Below are positions 1-18,203 of a DNA stretch of 64,000 nucleotides, in pieces. A program made the translations under genes and the position numbers. Source of the stretch: Chrysomallon squamiferum (taxonomy: Eukaryota; Animalia; Mollusca); the NCBI GenBank assembly GCA_012295275.1, contig CM022674.1:4836001-4900000 (forward strand). The letters run 5' to 3'. A model generated the notes under the pieces. It was not told the DNA's origin and ran no database searches. It saw nothing but the letters and a program-made list of their open reading frames with translations. Each line of letters opens with the position of its first letter. Position 1 is the first letter of the stretch.

Positions 1-681
1 ATACAAGCACTGTCGTTGCTGTAGTTGCAACTAATCGTAATGACGACGCTGACAATGTTGTTGTTGATGTCAGTGTTAAATATTATAAGTAGAGAAACAG
101 ATAATCCATTAATAATCTTAATATATATATATACACAAACACATATATAATAATAAAAATAACAGTAATAGTAATAATAATAATAATAATAAAGCCGAAT
201 TAACAAAATAATCTGTTACGATTGTCACTTTGTACATTTTTTGATGGAAGCGCAAAAAAAATTCTTCTTTTTTCTTTTTTTTAAATTTAAAAGAAAAAAG
301 TCTATTACCACTGGCAAACAATAAGTAGTTTTGATTACATTTGCGTGGGTCTTGCTGTGAATAAACATGACGCCTAACTGTAAAATCTTGTTCATTTTCG
401 TCCCCTCACACCATCCACTGGCAAACATGACACATCTCAGTGATAGACTGGTGTTGTTTCCTGAACTACTACGTCCGGTAGCCAGTCGGAGAGTGGTTTC
501 ATTCGAGCGAAACACGTTTGTAAAGTTCCGCTTCGACACAATGGACTTTTATCTAGTTTGATCAGGTATCTTTTGTATTTGTCTGATTCACACTGTGACA
601 TTCAACTCCTGAAATATTTTCATTTGACTGTTTTTGTTTCACATTTATGTTTATTTGTTTTTTTCTCTATCTCCTTGCGTA

Positions 682-2602
<1,921 letters not shown>

Positions 2603-2662
2603 ATGAAAGAAAAAGAGAAATAATAATAGTAGTAGTAGTAGTAGTAGTAGTAATAATAATAA

Positions 2663-2702
<40 letters not shown>

Positions 2703-3164
2703 AGAAATAATTAATTTTTGACATAATAAATACGGTGTTTATCTGTATGTATTTATGTATATATTTGTTTGTGTATGTATGAATGTATGTCAGTATGTGT
2801 ATGTGTGTATGTATGTACATACGTAAATATGTGTGTGTATGTATGAATATATGTATATATCCATGTATGTATGTATGTTCTTTTATTAATGAAAAATAAA
2901 AACAAAAAATATATATATAATGTAATAAAACGGTACAAAACGAAATAAAACTGAGATAATGGAAACATATAATTATTATAGCCTGTCGAAAGGTAATATA
3001 TCATAATAAGAAGACTATAAGTTAAGAGTATAAACAGTTATATCCCTTTCATCAATTCATTAGGAAAATCAAAGACAGATAAACACATAAAACAAACAAA
3101 AAAAAAAAAATATATATACATATATTAATTAAGCAAGAAAAAAGAAAAATAATAAAAATGAAAG

Positions 3165-3217
<53 letters not shown>

Positions 3218-3494
3218 TACAGATAGATAGACAGATGCACGCACACGGTAAAAAAGAAAAAAAGAACGAGAAGAAAACCAAAGGCAAATGTGGCTCTATT
3301 TGTTATCGGATAGTTTGTCCTTTTCGTGCATTACATTTCAAACAACGTAATTAGCGGACGATTATCGAAAACAAAACATATCAGCAGCGTGTTTGTTTTA
3401 TCTTCAACGATCCCATTAAAATACACTGATTAATTGTCTGTCACAGGCTAATGGAAATCAAATATTTGTTTAATGTCGACAGTAGAGTAAAGTT

Positions 3495-3525
3495 TTTATT
3501 ATTATTATTTTTATTGTTATTGTTA

Positions 3526-3566
<41 letters not shown>

Positions 3567-3765
3567 GTCATTGTTATTGTTATTGTTATTGTTGTTGTTA
3601 TTGTTATTATTATTATTATTATTGTCATTGTTATTGTTATTATTGTCATTGTTAATGTTATTGTTATTGTTATTATTATTATTATTATTGTCATTGTCAT
3701 TGTCATTGTTATTGTTATTATTATTATTATTATAATTATTATTATTATTATTATTATTGTTGTTG

Positions 3766-3797
<32 letters not shown>

Positions 3798-3904
3798 GTT
3801 GTTGTTGTTGGTTCATTAGGTTATTATTATTATTATTATTATTATTGTTGTTGTTGTTGTTGTTGTTGTTGATGATTAGTAAATTATTTTTGTCGTTATT
3901 GTTA

Positions 3905-3943
<39 letters not shown>

Positions 3944-3960
3944 ATTATTATTATTATTAT
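3495..3960. repeat. (ATT/GTT)n trinucleotide tract
   Basis: Directly visible. Confidence 0.95.
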
Positions 3961-4876
3961 TTTGTCGGGTTCATTAGGAATTCTGGAGGAGAGTATAGTA
4001 CTGATAAAACAGCGTGTGTGAAATTACTGGAAACAACAACACACACAAAAATTAACAAAAATATAATGTTTGCTAAAGTTTAAAAATACCAGATAGCTAA
4101 TTAATTCTGTGCTTCTAAGTACGTGTGCGTGCGTGTGTTTGTCTGTGTGTAAAAGTGCATGTGTGTGTGTGTGTGTGTGCGTGTGCGTGCGTGTGTGTAA
4201 AAGTACACATAAACAAACCTTGTTTCTAATGAAAATAAAAGCGTTTACCGTGGTACAAAGGCGGACATTTCCTTCTTGAATTTGTCATTAGGAAATCACA
4301 TAATAACTTTTAATACACACCAAATTGTCTGACGACATTTTATTCAGTTGAAATATGTCTCACACAGAGGTTGACGAAACTTTCCAACAAAGACGAGAAG
4401 AATAGAAATCGTAAATTTTGAAGTAACAGACGTCAAAAGAACTTTGAAATAATGATTAGAGAAAAAAAAAAAAAAAAAAAACCAAAAAAAAAACCTGTAC
4501 ATTTTGAAATGTAAGTGACGTTTTTTTCTTTCTCTTTATTTTATTTTATTCGCTTCTTTTTTCTTTTCCCTTTTTTCTTAATCAGTTTTTTTTTTTTTTT
4601 TTTTTATTTGATTTATTTTATCGTTTTTTTTTTTTTTTTTCCAACGTGAAATCTAGATTTTGTCGAAACCATGATGACTAATAACATTAATCGTTATAAA
4701 GCCATGTGTTGTAACGTATCTTTCCGCTGCGTTTGAGAAAAATACAAAAACTTCTGCGACTTTTCTGTTTCAAATTAATATGTTTGTGTAATTTAGACAT
4801 TGTTGATTCTCATAACTCACAGCCTAACTGAAGTACAGAGCATTATATTTTAATATGTACACAGGAACAATGATTG

Positions 4877-5328
<452 letters not shown>

Positions 5329-7659
5329 CAGAGAAGACTATGATGTTGTCGAAAACATATAATTTCTAGATGCGATAGTCTAGTTAGGATCGGATCTATT
5401 ATTAAACTAATCCAATAGGGGCACCAGAAGCGAGTTTGGTTCACACAGCCGTGTTTTCTGTCACGACACAAGCCGATTGAAGAAGATAACAGTGGTTAAC
5501 CAGATCTAGCTGCTGCTTGGGAAATGTCCCGAACAGTTAAAGATTCATGGCTCCCAAAATGCAGGTCCGACGCTGAGTCTAGTCAATTATCAAGACAGAA
5601 TACGTTATTAAAAGAGACAAATTTGTGGATAAAATTATAGTTCATATGCATGAAAAGACGTCAGATAAAAATCGACAGATATACTTTTTTTTATAGCAAA
5701 ACGTCGACAATATTCTTATTTTTTTTTTTTATTTTTTTTTTTTAATTATTTATTTCGTTATATATATTGTACTTATTATTATTATTATTTTTATTTTTAA
5801 ATTTATTATTTTTTTTTTTTTTCTTAAGAAAAGAAAAGAAATACGAAGCACAGTTCTGATAAATGTTTTATTAAAAAGAAAAAAAAAAAAAGAAGAATGA
5901 ATTTTTTTTTTTTTTCAAACATTAAAATAAAAACGAAAGAGAAATCGATTGTCGTCTGCTTAATATAAAATCGACAAGCAAGAAGGCGTAAGAAATAAAT
6001 CCTTTTAAATATTGAAATGCAAAATGTGAAATTCTTAAGCTTAGAAAACTAAATCCAAAAGGAATTTTATAATCTGAAATATTAACGTTTATCTTTTCCA
6101 TGTCGATTTTTAAGCAGGCGAACGCATTAATCGGGATAATCAAAAACAAGAAATAATGAAGGCGTGTATTAACTGACTTTCAGTCGATGTTACGCGCAAA
6201 TAGACTGTTAACGCTGCACTCTCGTATCATAGCTACACGTATACAAAGAAACAATATTTTACGTTTATAAACTTTCAGTTACAAATAATGTGTATTGTAT
6301 ACAGACGCACGCACAAACAGACACACACACACACACACACAGATATATATGTTCAATGTGATTAAGAAGGATTTGACTGTTTTATCTCCGATGCATCTAT
6401 GTCGATCGCCATATGATCCAAACTTGTTTCTTTTTTTATTTGAAGTTAGAGTAATTTCACATTCATAATGTTTTCAACCCTTCATGAACATTTTATGTAG
6501 CTGTATGAAACTGTTAAATAAATGTTGAACAATGTAGGTTTATCGAATTATACAACACTGCTATTTTGTAACATTAAATCTGTTTCTGCACATATGCATA
6601 TGCATATTCTTTATATGTTCCAATATCACAAAATATCTTTACATTTGATCTGTTCATACTGGTTGTACATGTATTTTTGTACAGTTAAAAATACCGTGAA
6701 AATAAATTTGGTTTGTGTCAGTTTTCGATCAAAGATGCTGATTATATTTTTCACCCAGTCTGTATGATTTCTATTATTAAAAAATAATAATAATAATAAT
6801 AAAATTTTAAAAAGTCTGTACAAAATTATTTTAAAAATATAGAAAAGGGAAAAGGTACGTTCAATGGTTAACGTTCAATTTTACGAGAAAGAATGTATGA
6901 TGTGCTTTGACAAAATATACATTTTATAAATATTTAAAAAATACATACATTAACACCATTTAAATATGATTACCTCACCAATTCATTGTTAGTCCGTGTG
7001 TCATACCGTTATTAGAAATTATTTTTTTAAAAAGCGGAGAAAAAAACTTTAAATTAACAATAGTTTTCCCCATGGTGTTTATAGATAAAAAAAAAAAAAA
7101 AAAAAAAAAAAAATAGTAACTATCTTATTATTTTTACTTAAAAATAAAATAAAACAACAAACAAATGAATAAAATTCAATAATATTTACACTTTGTCTAA
7201 CATCAGTTTGACAGAGAAGATTATCCGATAAAAAAAAAAGAACAAACTTGGATTTAGAGAAATTATTTCTTAATTCCGTTACACACATTTACAATAACGT
7301 TAAAACATTTTATCATTTTTACCAGGTTTAAGTAACTATTTCACCAAATCTTTAAATGTTTTCTTTAAATCTCTGCAAATCAGAATTAAATCGGTCTTCT
7401 GGTTTTTGATTCTTTAATTCTTTCAGTTACCATGAAGAAATCAAATGATTCTTATAAAAATCCAATTTAATTTTCTAGTATTAATCCGAATATAGCTTTT
7501 AAGATCATTCTAGATTGTTCTACATACGGTCTAATAGTTTAATTTGCAGCTAAACACAGAAGGGAATAATTTAACAAAGACTGTGACTGTTTGAATCAAT
7601 AAGAAACATTTTGATTTTTGTTCCATTTTCGTTTTTATATACTGATGAATATTTTCTAT

Positions 7660-8030
7660 CTGTTTATACGAATTTGTTGTACTATATTCTATAAAAAATA
7701 TATTAAATATTTTCTACAGAAAATATATGTACTATTTTTATATAAAATATATGTACTCTTTTCTATAAAAGATATATGTACTATTTTCTGTACATAACAT
7801 ACGTACCATTTTTTATACAAAATATATGCAGTATTTTATACAAAATATATTTACTATTTTTATACAAAATACAATTATTTATTATTTTCTATACAAAATA
7901 TATCTACTCATTTTTATAGAATATATTTGTATACTTTTATATAAAATAATTTTAAATTTTTATATAAATTATATATACATACATATTCTATTTTCTACAG
8001 AAAATACATGAACTATTGTTTTTTACTATA
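7660..8030. repeat. Degenerate 23-bp AT-rich minisatellite
   Basis: tacaRaaWatatatgtactatttt recurs. Confidence 0.75.
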
Positions 8031-8770
8031 TATTAAAAACAATGCATGTGCTTCTTATATTTATTTTTACAATGGTGTAATATGCATTATTTTTAATATA
8101 TAGTTTTATCTCTATATCAGGCCTATATATATTTATATATATATATATATATATATACATACATATACATGATCGAATATTCTACAGAACGTAGAAATTC
8201 ATAATAAAATTCCTTGATAGACGAACGCACGTTCCTTGCTGATCTGAACAGCAAATCGTTCACAGTATTATCAGATGAAGTTAATGCATTTTGCGACGGC
8301 TAATATTATTTTCTTGATAACGGTCAAGATTCCTTGCATCAAAGACAGGGTTATCTGAAATAATGGCAACAGAGAGAATGGCCAGTACGCGGATCCGGCT
8401 TTGAGTTAAGGGTATGGGGGAGACATCTGGGGGCTTGTTTTTTTTTTTTCTTTTTTTTTTTCTTTTTTTTTTTAAATTTATTTATAATATTTATTTATTT
8501 ATTTATTTAGTAGTAGTAGTAGTGGTAGTAGTATTAATTGTAGTTCTGGTCGTGGAAGCAGTAGTAATAGTAGTAATTGTTGTTGTTGTTGAGTTGTAGT
8601 ATCATCGTGGTGGTGGTCAACAGTAGCAGTAAATTTGGAATTTAGTATATATATGTGGTGGATTTTATGATATGGTCCTGGTGGTGGTTCGTTGAATCGA
8701 TTTATCCTTTTCTTTTCTTTCTACCTTTTTCTTTTTTCTTATTTCTTTTTTAAGAATCAAAAGTGTAAAA

Positions 8771-8831
<61 letters not shown>

Positions 8832-9006
8832 TAACCCGACATTTTTTTTTCTTTTTTTTTCTTTTCTGTTGTTTTCATATTTCCCCCTGTTTTATCTTTT
8901 CTCTCTGTCTCACCCGCTCACTTATACACCACACCCATTGATCGAAGAACAGTTTCTGTCTTTATCGCATCTTTATAACACACACACACTTACACACACT
9001 CCCGAA

Positions 9007-9042
<36 letters not shown>

Positions 9043-10137
9043 CATTTAAAACACATCAATTAACTTGATTTTTTTCACCTATTTTTTTTTTTTTTTTTTT
9101 TCTAGCTAATTCAAACACACACATTCGAACTCGCACGTTCGAAAATCTCGTCGACTACGAAATGACGTAAATTAGGAAACCATAAAACGAAAAAAAAAAA
9201 AAAAAAAAAAAAAAATCTATATATTTATTTAGAAAAATTAATAACGCTTTGTAACTTCAAGAAAGCCTTAAAAAATAAATACAACCGACACCTCCCTTAT
9301 CTGCATCGCTACATTTTCTGTAATCAGAACGAGATGAAAAATGTACCAGTGTATTACGTCGCTCGGTCATTTATTCCAGCAACGTGAGCTACTAGCAGGA
9401 AACAACCCTATAACGATAACGGCTTAAAATATTGTTTCGGAAACATTACAGTCGGCTATGTTTCCTTAGAGAAGACATAAGATATTTTCAGTCGATAGAT
9501 CTTTTGAACACAGATAAACCTTAACTCGGATATAACACCTCCTGATCAATGCGTACGACCCGATTCTTTTAATCGTCTGTCATGTTGCTGACATGTTTAT
9601 TGCCTTTGTTGACGTCATGCGCAGATTTAGTGCGGTATTTGACGGGTATCGCCGATTTCGCCTTCCGCCTGTCTACGATAATACAAAGATTAATAATTCT
9701 TTTTTCTTTTCTTTTCCATTTTTTTTTTTTCTTTCTTTCTTTCTTTCTTTTTTTTAACTTATTTTTAACTTTTTTTATTTTTAAATTTTTTTTTTTTTTT
9801 ATTGCACTTCTGATCATAATTTCTGCATGTGTTATTGACAAACCTGATGTTTGTGTGTTACTGCGCAGTACATTAATTTAGTGCCATAGGCTTCGAATGA
9901 ACGGATATTTGCACGCATTTACACACGTACTGACATACATGCGTAGATGCACCCAAATGAAATACAGTTACGACTGGCGTGGCTGCGGAAAGATCGAAAT
10001 AGGTAGACGTAATTCAAACAACAACCGAAGAATGAACGAAAGAAATTAATCTCTTCAGTTGTTGTTTTGTTGTTTTTGTTTCCTTGTTTCTTTGTTTGGC
10101 GTGGGTTTTCTTGTGTTTTTTGTTTAGTTTTTTTTTT

Positions 10138-10221
<84 letters not shown>

Positions 10222-10699
10222 ACATGCTTTTTTGAAATCCATAACGTGAATGCTAAAACATCGTGAAATCTCGCTGTGGTATAAAATTAATTATGCTAAC
10301 GAGTTCTATCGCATTAACAGACGTCATCTGCTGATAACGACAGTCTTACCAAGAGCTATCGATTATTTTAAAAGGATGCTACTTACCGAGCAACCAGCTA
10401 AGTTAGCAGAAATCTTAATTCAAATGTGATAAAATAAAATTATCGATTCTCAACTTCAATATTTCATACTTCGGTACATTTTAATTTTAACTGGCCATTA
10501 GCATGGTTTTGAACAGTAATGACGACGATAGGAAAGCTGCCAATTTTCAGTTACAAACTCCGTACTTGTTATCGACCATCCCCGAATCAGACAGTACGAG
10601 ATTGGTACCAAAGACATACAGAGCTTAAGCGAAGTACCGAGGATCGATCCAGCGACTGTCTGAATTCTTTATTCTTTCGAAAACGTCAAAGCTGATGGA

Positions 10700-11830
10700 T
10701 CCAAAAAAACAATCAGTTGTATTTCTAGTGAGTGCTCTGTACACCAAGCTGTATCCTAACCACCGTACCAGTGTTGACCCGTTGTCGTATCGTAAACAGC
10801 TAACATATTACCGTACCAGCATAGATGGTATTAACAAGATGGTATTAACAAGCTACGTCACATTATTTACCAACCAGCATAGACGATTAGTTAGTTCTCT
10901 GTATGCCAAACTACTAGACATCCGCCTTTAGAATACAGACAACGGTGAGGTAAATCAAATTACTTATAATACTTAATCAAGTCTGTCCCGAACTTCGTAC
11001 ATAACCCTTATCAATGCAGACGACAGTGGACAGAACTAAACAAAACTACGTAGACTAGCTTACAATACTGACGGCACTAGTAATATTTCCAGAAAAATTA
11101 CACGAATTTCTTTAAAAGCAGAGACGACCTAAACAACACCACATAGGCTATGTTACTAATTCACACAGCATTAGCTACATCTAAGCGAAACTACATTGAA
11201 GACACTTGTGAGATTTAAACAAAAAAAAAAACACCAAAAAAAACATGTGGACTACGTTACTAATATAGACAGCACTAGTGTTTTGTAACCCAAACTGCGT
11301 GGACTACGTTGTCAACAGAAACAACACTAAAGAAATGCCTAACAACCAGACTATGGTGAGAATCTTACCAATATAGACGTCACTACTGAGGTCCAAACCA
11401 AACAACAGCAGACGACAATTAAAAGGGCACTAATGAGGTCAGTGCTGCGACACATTTTACTAGCTTACGGCATACTAACGTTATTTTTAGCGAGATACAC
11501 AACCGATTTAAACACTGGGACATAACACAAGAATATCCTATACTGAAGTACATATAACTCTGCACAGATAAACAAGGCATTCATAGGTTCCACTTGAAAC
11601 AGAACGTCATTTCCATACAGGTGAAGACTGTATTTGTTGATCTACGTCGACTGGACAAGATCAAATTCCAAACTGGTGAAGTCAACACTCACAGATTCCA
11701 TAAACTGCATCCAGTGTCTACGATATATTGTTTATGAAAACGAAGCTACGTCCATCTCATACTCACACACAGCTCTGGTAGATCCGACACCAATCAAAAG
11801 GGGCTTGAAAGCAAGCATTCAGACGACATT
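10700..11830. repeat. Old, degenerate tandem array (about 52-bp period in its core)
   Basis: gtggactacgtt at 11247 and 11299, ataggctatgtt at 11143; caaact / cagcactag / accagcataga motifs recur. Confidence 0.55.
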
Positions 11831-12344
11831 TATTAAACAAAGAACAAGTAGAAGTTTAAGTGCTTAACATATGCCAGATGCAGTTTTACCCCCAACGTAA
11901 ATGATTCGTGAATTCTTGAGATTTATATCAAAACGTAGACTTTAGCATAACGTTAGTACATATTTGTTAATTTTAGGAACGTTAATTATTAAAATATGAA
12001 CAAATTGGTTGAATGCCTGTTCTATTTTATGGGATTTTCTGGGGAATGTTTCTTTTTCGTTTATTCATTTCTTTTTCTTTCTTATTCCTCTGTCGCGACA
12101 GCAGATAATTTTTAGTTTTGGTACAAATAAATAAAGCTTACTAACTTCCCTATAAACAGTCACGTTGATACGTACTGGCAACATAATAAACCTCAAGTTC
12201 CAATCTCGTTATTGAAGTTTGACTTACGAGTTACAACACTGCTACATGACACTACAATATTGAAATACATAAACGTCACAGCACAAAAAAAAATGTTCAC
12301 GACAATTCCGAATTACGAGTCAAAAACAAACACCTGCTAACAAA

Positions 12345-12382
12345 GAAAACAACAGACTAGTGATGTTTGTCATCAGTTTATT
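12345..12382 (-). terminator. Candidate vigilin polyadenylation signal (3'UTR about 1.7 kb)
   Basis: AATAAA at 12382-12377 followed by GU-rich GTCTGTTGTTTTCTTT; coincides with the edge of the CpG-poor domain. Confidence 0.45.
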
Positions 12383-13801
12383 TGCAGATATTCACTGATG
12401 ATTGTGGACAAATTTGAGATGTACTGTAAATGATCACTTGGTTAAACATCATCCTTCACACATACTGAGGGCAGGCAGCCCAATATTTTTCATTCAATGA
12501 TTACACGTTACTATGGTAACACAATAAAAAAAAAAAAAAAAACCACCACCACTACCATCATCATCATCATCATCATCATCATCGTAATAATAATAATAAT
12601 AATAAACAGCGAACAACCAATGGCTGTAAAATATATTCTAGTTAACTGTGGTTGAGAAGAAGTAACAACAACCACACAATTAACTACACTGTAAAAATTC
12701 TCAACACACATTTTGGGGGAAAAAGAAAAATAATAATAATAATAATAGTAGTAACAATAATGGTGGTTAAAAACAATTTTTTTTTTCAATTTTTTTTTTT
12801 CATTTTTTTTTTTTTTCATTTTTTTTAAATTATAATCTGTCTAATTGTAAAATAAGCATATTCTTTTTTTTTTTTTTTTCAGTATGACCTTTAATAATAA
12901 TAATAATCAAAAATAAATAAAAATGAAAACATTTTTTTTTTTTTCTTTTGTTAAGGTCATTATCGTCCTCACCATTATTTTATAAACAGTTAAAAACAAC
13001 TGACTGAAGCATCCATCACATGTAAAAGATGAGCTGCAGTTATCGGAATGGAACATGGCTGCTTGAAAAAAAAAAAAAAAAAACAAAAAAATAAAAATAA
13101 AATAAAAACAAGGTAATAGACAAGTTCCTTTGTTTGCAGACCACATTGCATAATTATCATATAGTTAATATAATATTCGAAGTCTTAAAATACATAATAA
13201 GTTGACAAAAAAATATTGCAACTATTGTTAAACTATTTTTTTGTTGTTTTTTTTGTTTTGTTATTATATACAATTTGTGTATATATATATATATGGACGA
13301 CAACATATATTATGGTACATACATTTTTCGTCATTTGTGACTAGCATGTAATTTAATATGTTCTGTTAAAAAAATAAAATAGTTTTATACACATTTGAAA
13401 GAATCAACTAAAATATTACATTATCATCGTCATCATCATCATCATCATCATAATCATTTCAATTAACAAACAGCATTAAAAAAAACATAATGATAATAAT
13501 CCAAAAACAAGAAAACCCATGAAATAACCAACAAATACCAAAGCAGTTATCTACAGGAAAAAATATATATATTTTTTAAAATGGATAAATCTCTATAATG
13601 CAAAGTCTGTATTATATTATTAATATTAATATTATCATTATTATTATTATATACAATAGAGGCAGATCAACAAATGCAAAAACAAAACACAAAAAAAAAA
13701 AAAAAAAAAATCAGAAAGCCATTATCGAAAGTGGGTTACCAGGGTTTTTGAAAAAAAAAAAAAAAATATGAGTCATCAGAATGTTTTAACTTGCCATTGA
13801 C

Positions 13802-13834
<33 letters not shown>

Positions 13835-14093
13835 CAAAACAAAAACAAAAACGAGACAAATTTTTTTTAAAGTGGAAATCTTTTTTTCATCGGGGTAACA
13901 CGTCGATATAAAATTCATGTACAATTGGCAGGTTGAAGTTACAGCAAAGAGCTGTGAAAGACCCATATCAGGAGAAAAAAAAAAAAAAAAATCCTTAATT
14001 AAAAAAAATAAAAATATATATATATATTATTATATATATATTTCTAGAGTATTGTGGCTCGCGTGGAACCTTCATCGACCAATCACAACTCTT

Positions 14094-14321
14094 TTAAGTA
14101 CGCCTGAACGGGCCCCACGATTGGCTTGCTCTCGGAGCCACCACCCCCCCACCGAATGCCGGAAAATCGTCAGTGCTGGTTGTGTCAGGGGCTCGGTCCC
14201 AGGGCGCGTTCTTCACGACAAAGCCACGCCCGTCAGTGTGCTCATTGCTGTTTGATTCAGGAACACGACTTGGTGGTTTCTGCAGCTGCTGGAGATATTC
14301 TTGGTCAATGACGTCTTGTAG
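14094..14321 (-). CDS. HDLBP: Vigilin last coding exon: LQDVIDQEYL...GFVVKNAPW...WGPFRRT*
   Basis: tccag| acceptor; TAA at 14096-14094; 228 nt. Confidence 0.94.
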   Translation of the reverse strand, partial: LQDVIDQEYLQQLQKPPSRVPESNSNEHTDGRGFVVKNAPWDRAPDTTSTDDFPAFGGGVVAPRASQSWGPFRRT

Positions 14322-14658
14322 CTGGAAAGAAAAAATTAATTTTGCTGTCACTTATGAATAAAATGTTTGATGTAGGAGGACCAGATGAGAGTAATATTAG
14401 AAGTAAATGTTTGAATAAATTAATAAATAAATTAAATAAATGAATATATGAATAAAATTAAAATTAAATGACAAATTTAACCTTTATCCAAACCCAACCC
14501 AACCCAACCCTAACCCTAACCAAGCCTAATCCTTAAAATAGTGCATATGATGAAGTGCAGTGTCAGTTATTAAACTAGTGACAAGTTCTTGAAGAAGAAA
14601 AAGTAATATATATCAAATATCTCAAAGACAATTTGTGTTCTAAGGGAAGTAACTGCTG

Positions 14659-14698
<40 letters not shown>

Positions 14699-17600
14699 GA
14701 AAATCTGAAAATATCAATCTGAGATGACAATTCTTCATTAAATATGATTGAGGCAAGAATTTTTTATAAAACTGTGCAACATATAGTATTTATATACTTC
14801 TTCTGTTATTCATCTCTTCTTATTTGTCTGTTGTCAAACCAGTTAATCCACTAACGTGTAACATTACTAACTAAAAGTAACTAGTCTGTTAACGAAGTTA
14901 ATTTTCAATCCATAACCCACTAATCCACTAGCATGTAACTAGCTGGACCATGGACACACACACACAACTACTTAATCCACCACTAAATACAACCAGCTAA
15001 TCCTGCTAAATATAAAAAATAATAATAATTACTCTGCTGGTAACACTGACAATCCACTGACAGAAATATAATCAACTACTGCAACAACAAAAAACAAAAA
15101 CAAAAACAAAAAATTAAAAAAAAACACTGGACAGAAATAAAACAAACCAAAAACAAAAAAATTTAAAACAAAACCAAAAAAAAAAAAAAATTAAAAAAAA
15201 TCTTACAAATTCTTCTTGCAGCATGAGCAGATGTTCCTGACAGTTCAGCGCGTTGTCCTCCATGCCGATGATCGTCACAATGTCTGGGTCCTCGTCGTCG
15301 TTGCGAGGGAAGCGGATGTCCACACTGAACTCGTCCATGATTCGGTGCAGAGTGCGGCCCTTGGCGCCGATAATTCGAGGATGAATGCGACGGTCAATTC
15401 TGACCTCCACGTTGACCATGTCCTCCTTCAAAGAGAAAGTTTGGTTGTTGTAAATATTATTTCTGTTTAAATGCATTCGACTGTCTTGAAGTGAAATAGG
15501 AAGCTTGCATAAATATTCAAAGACTGCTGTCGAAAAAAAATAAATTAATGTTTGTGTGCAAATCATCAAGTTTTCTTATTTAGAACATTTCTGACCGCTA
15601 CAAGTGCAGGATGTGTTTTATCTTTGCTTCATTTCTATTTCAATTTGCATTCTTATAAACATTCTGGATCCAAACACTAATATTAACAAAGATTTGTAAA
15701 CGAATAATATTAATGTATGACAAAACTGTAATCTGAAAGATTTATGAACACACTACTGAACTGCATCTGAATATATGATCTGAATATTGTGTCTTAACTC
15801 AAAATTTCCTGTTCCAAACATGATGTAACTGAAACTTACATATTCCTGTACAAGTTTCTCGATTTCTTCCTTGGCACCGTAACAACTCTGCTCATAACCA
15901 TGGATAAAAATCTGCGACTGGTTTTCATCGCCTCGTTCTGGAAACTGGATCCGAACGCCATGTTCCTCGCGAATCTTTTTAATTACCAAACCTTTCCTGC
16001 CGATGATTTTAGGATGGTATTTTGGATCAATGTCAACTGTGACCTCAAAACTTTGTAACCTCTGTAAAAAAAAAACAAAGACAATAAAAATTGTAATAAA
16101 GCAAAAGAATAGAATATTTTTTAAAATCTAAACAATTTTTTTATTTTTATTTTGAAAGGTGAATACTTTCTTACTCTGAAGTTATTTTGGATTCTTTATT
16201 CTTTTATACAACTTTTTAATCGTTATTTTAATAAGCTATTTAACAAACACACCACTCTATAACAAATATTTCTGAACCATATACTTCCATACTTTTATTT
16301 CATAATTAAACAAGATGGACAGGAAGAAACAAACAAAAGTATGCTGGATTATATTCAGACTTGCTTCTCATCAAAGGCTCTTAACTTTTATTGTTTTAAG
16401 CATGCTGAATGTAAACCATTTCTTACTATCAAAAATAAACATTAAAAAATTTTGAGTATTGAAAATATTTTTAGACTATTTTTTTCAAAGATAAACTTTC
16501 AAACCTTTATTATTTATTATTAATTTTATTAAATATGCAGAATATATTTAGACTGTTTCTTCAAATACAAAGTTTTACCTCTTTACCATTTATGAATGCA
16601 AAATATTATTTTAGTCTATTTACACTATTTTTTTTCAAAGATAAACTCTTAAAACGCTACTATTTATGAATGCGGATTATTATTTTAGTCAATTCAAATA
16701 TTTTTTCAAAGATAAACTCTTAAAACTTTACTATTTAGATATGTGGAATATTATTTTAGTCTGTTTCTACATTATCATCAGACACACTTTTTAAACATTC
16801 TGTTATTTAACAACTTTTTACCCTGTCCTCCTGTTCTCGTTCGAGCTGTTCCACTTTTTCTTCCAGCGCTTTGCGAGCTCGCTTCACGTTAGCTGGAGGA
16901 CCAACGACGCGAACAATGTCGCTGTTGTCGTCAGCCGGTGGAATGGAGATGTTGACGTCGAAGTCCTGCATCATCTTTCTGACATCTCGTCCCTTCTGGC
17001 CGATGATGAAACGATGGAAGTCGAACGGAACAGTGACCTCCTCGGTGACAGGTACAAGATTCTGAATTTAAAAAAACATTATAATAATAAAAATATCTAT
17101 ATGTAATTTGAACTGTTTATCAGAACTATTGGTAATTTGAGAAGCTGAATTATGTGATATATATATATAAAAGGAATCATCTATGCTTCAAATAAATGAA
17201 TATATTAATTAAAAAAAAAAAAAAAATAAAGATATAATAAATAAATTAGTAAGAAAATAATGACAACTCTTTGATTTGGCGGTCCAAATAAAACAAACAA
17301 AAATTCAAATAATAATAATTATAAAAAAATAAATATTAATAATAATCATCATATTCAAACCATGTAATATCTAAAACAGTAACAATTATGATTTTTTTTA
17401 AATTATATTATTTATAATTATTAATACTGTAATTTTCATCAATTAATTTCAGTTATTATAGGAACACTGAAGATATGTTGAAGGTTGTTGGTTATCTAGA
17501 ATCACAGTCTTAAATGTCATCATTTTGTTGTTTTAATCACTACAAAAAAATTACATTTTATGACTGTTTTTAACAAATCTTGTTTAAGCTAATATTCAAC

Positions 17601-18164
17601 CATATCTTGAAATATTTTCAAATAATTTTAAGGATTTTCAAGACATAAAGCATCCTCTAACATCTAAACTAACTTAGTAACTAAAACAGTTAAAAAAAAA
17701 AAATTTTTACAACATAATGTGTAACAACAAAGGTAACATTAACAAGTTTAAAAAAAAAAAAATTAAAATTTTATTTTTATTTTGGTGCAAGACTATTTAA
17801 CAACTTTTGAAGATAAAAGAGAAAATTAACATAAAATTATTTATTTAAAAAAAATCTTTCTCACCAGCAAAGCTGCTTTAGCTTCCTCACAGTTCTCTGG
17901 TTTGCCTGTGATGAAGATGGTGTCACACTTTCGAGGCACTTTGTCGACATCGTTTTCACCAATCACCTCACCATTCACAACAGCTTCCTCTTCAGGAATC
18001 GCAGCTAGAAATGAAAAAGAAAAAGATTGGAAATTTAATGTTAGCATAAAATTTGGAAACAATAATTTTAGTTATTTAGATAAAAATCAACAGATTATAT
18101 GATATGTATGTATGATTATATAAAATATATATACATGTTTGTGTTTGTTTGTGTGTGGTGTGTA

Positions 18165-18203
<39 letters not shown>

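Noticed and set aside
10695-11867. 78-aa and 77-aa ORFs in the degenerate array
   Set aside because: No recognisable motif or splice structure; the 52-bp period is not a multiple of three
14488-14535. (CCCAA)n(CCCTAA)2 telomere-like tract
   Set aside because: Too short and degenerate to imply an interstitial telomere
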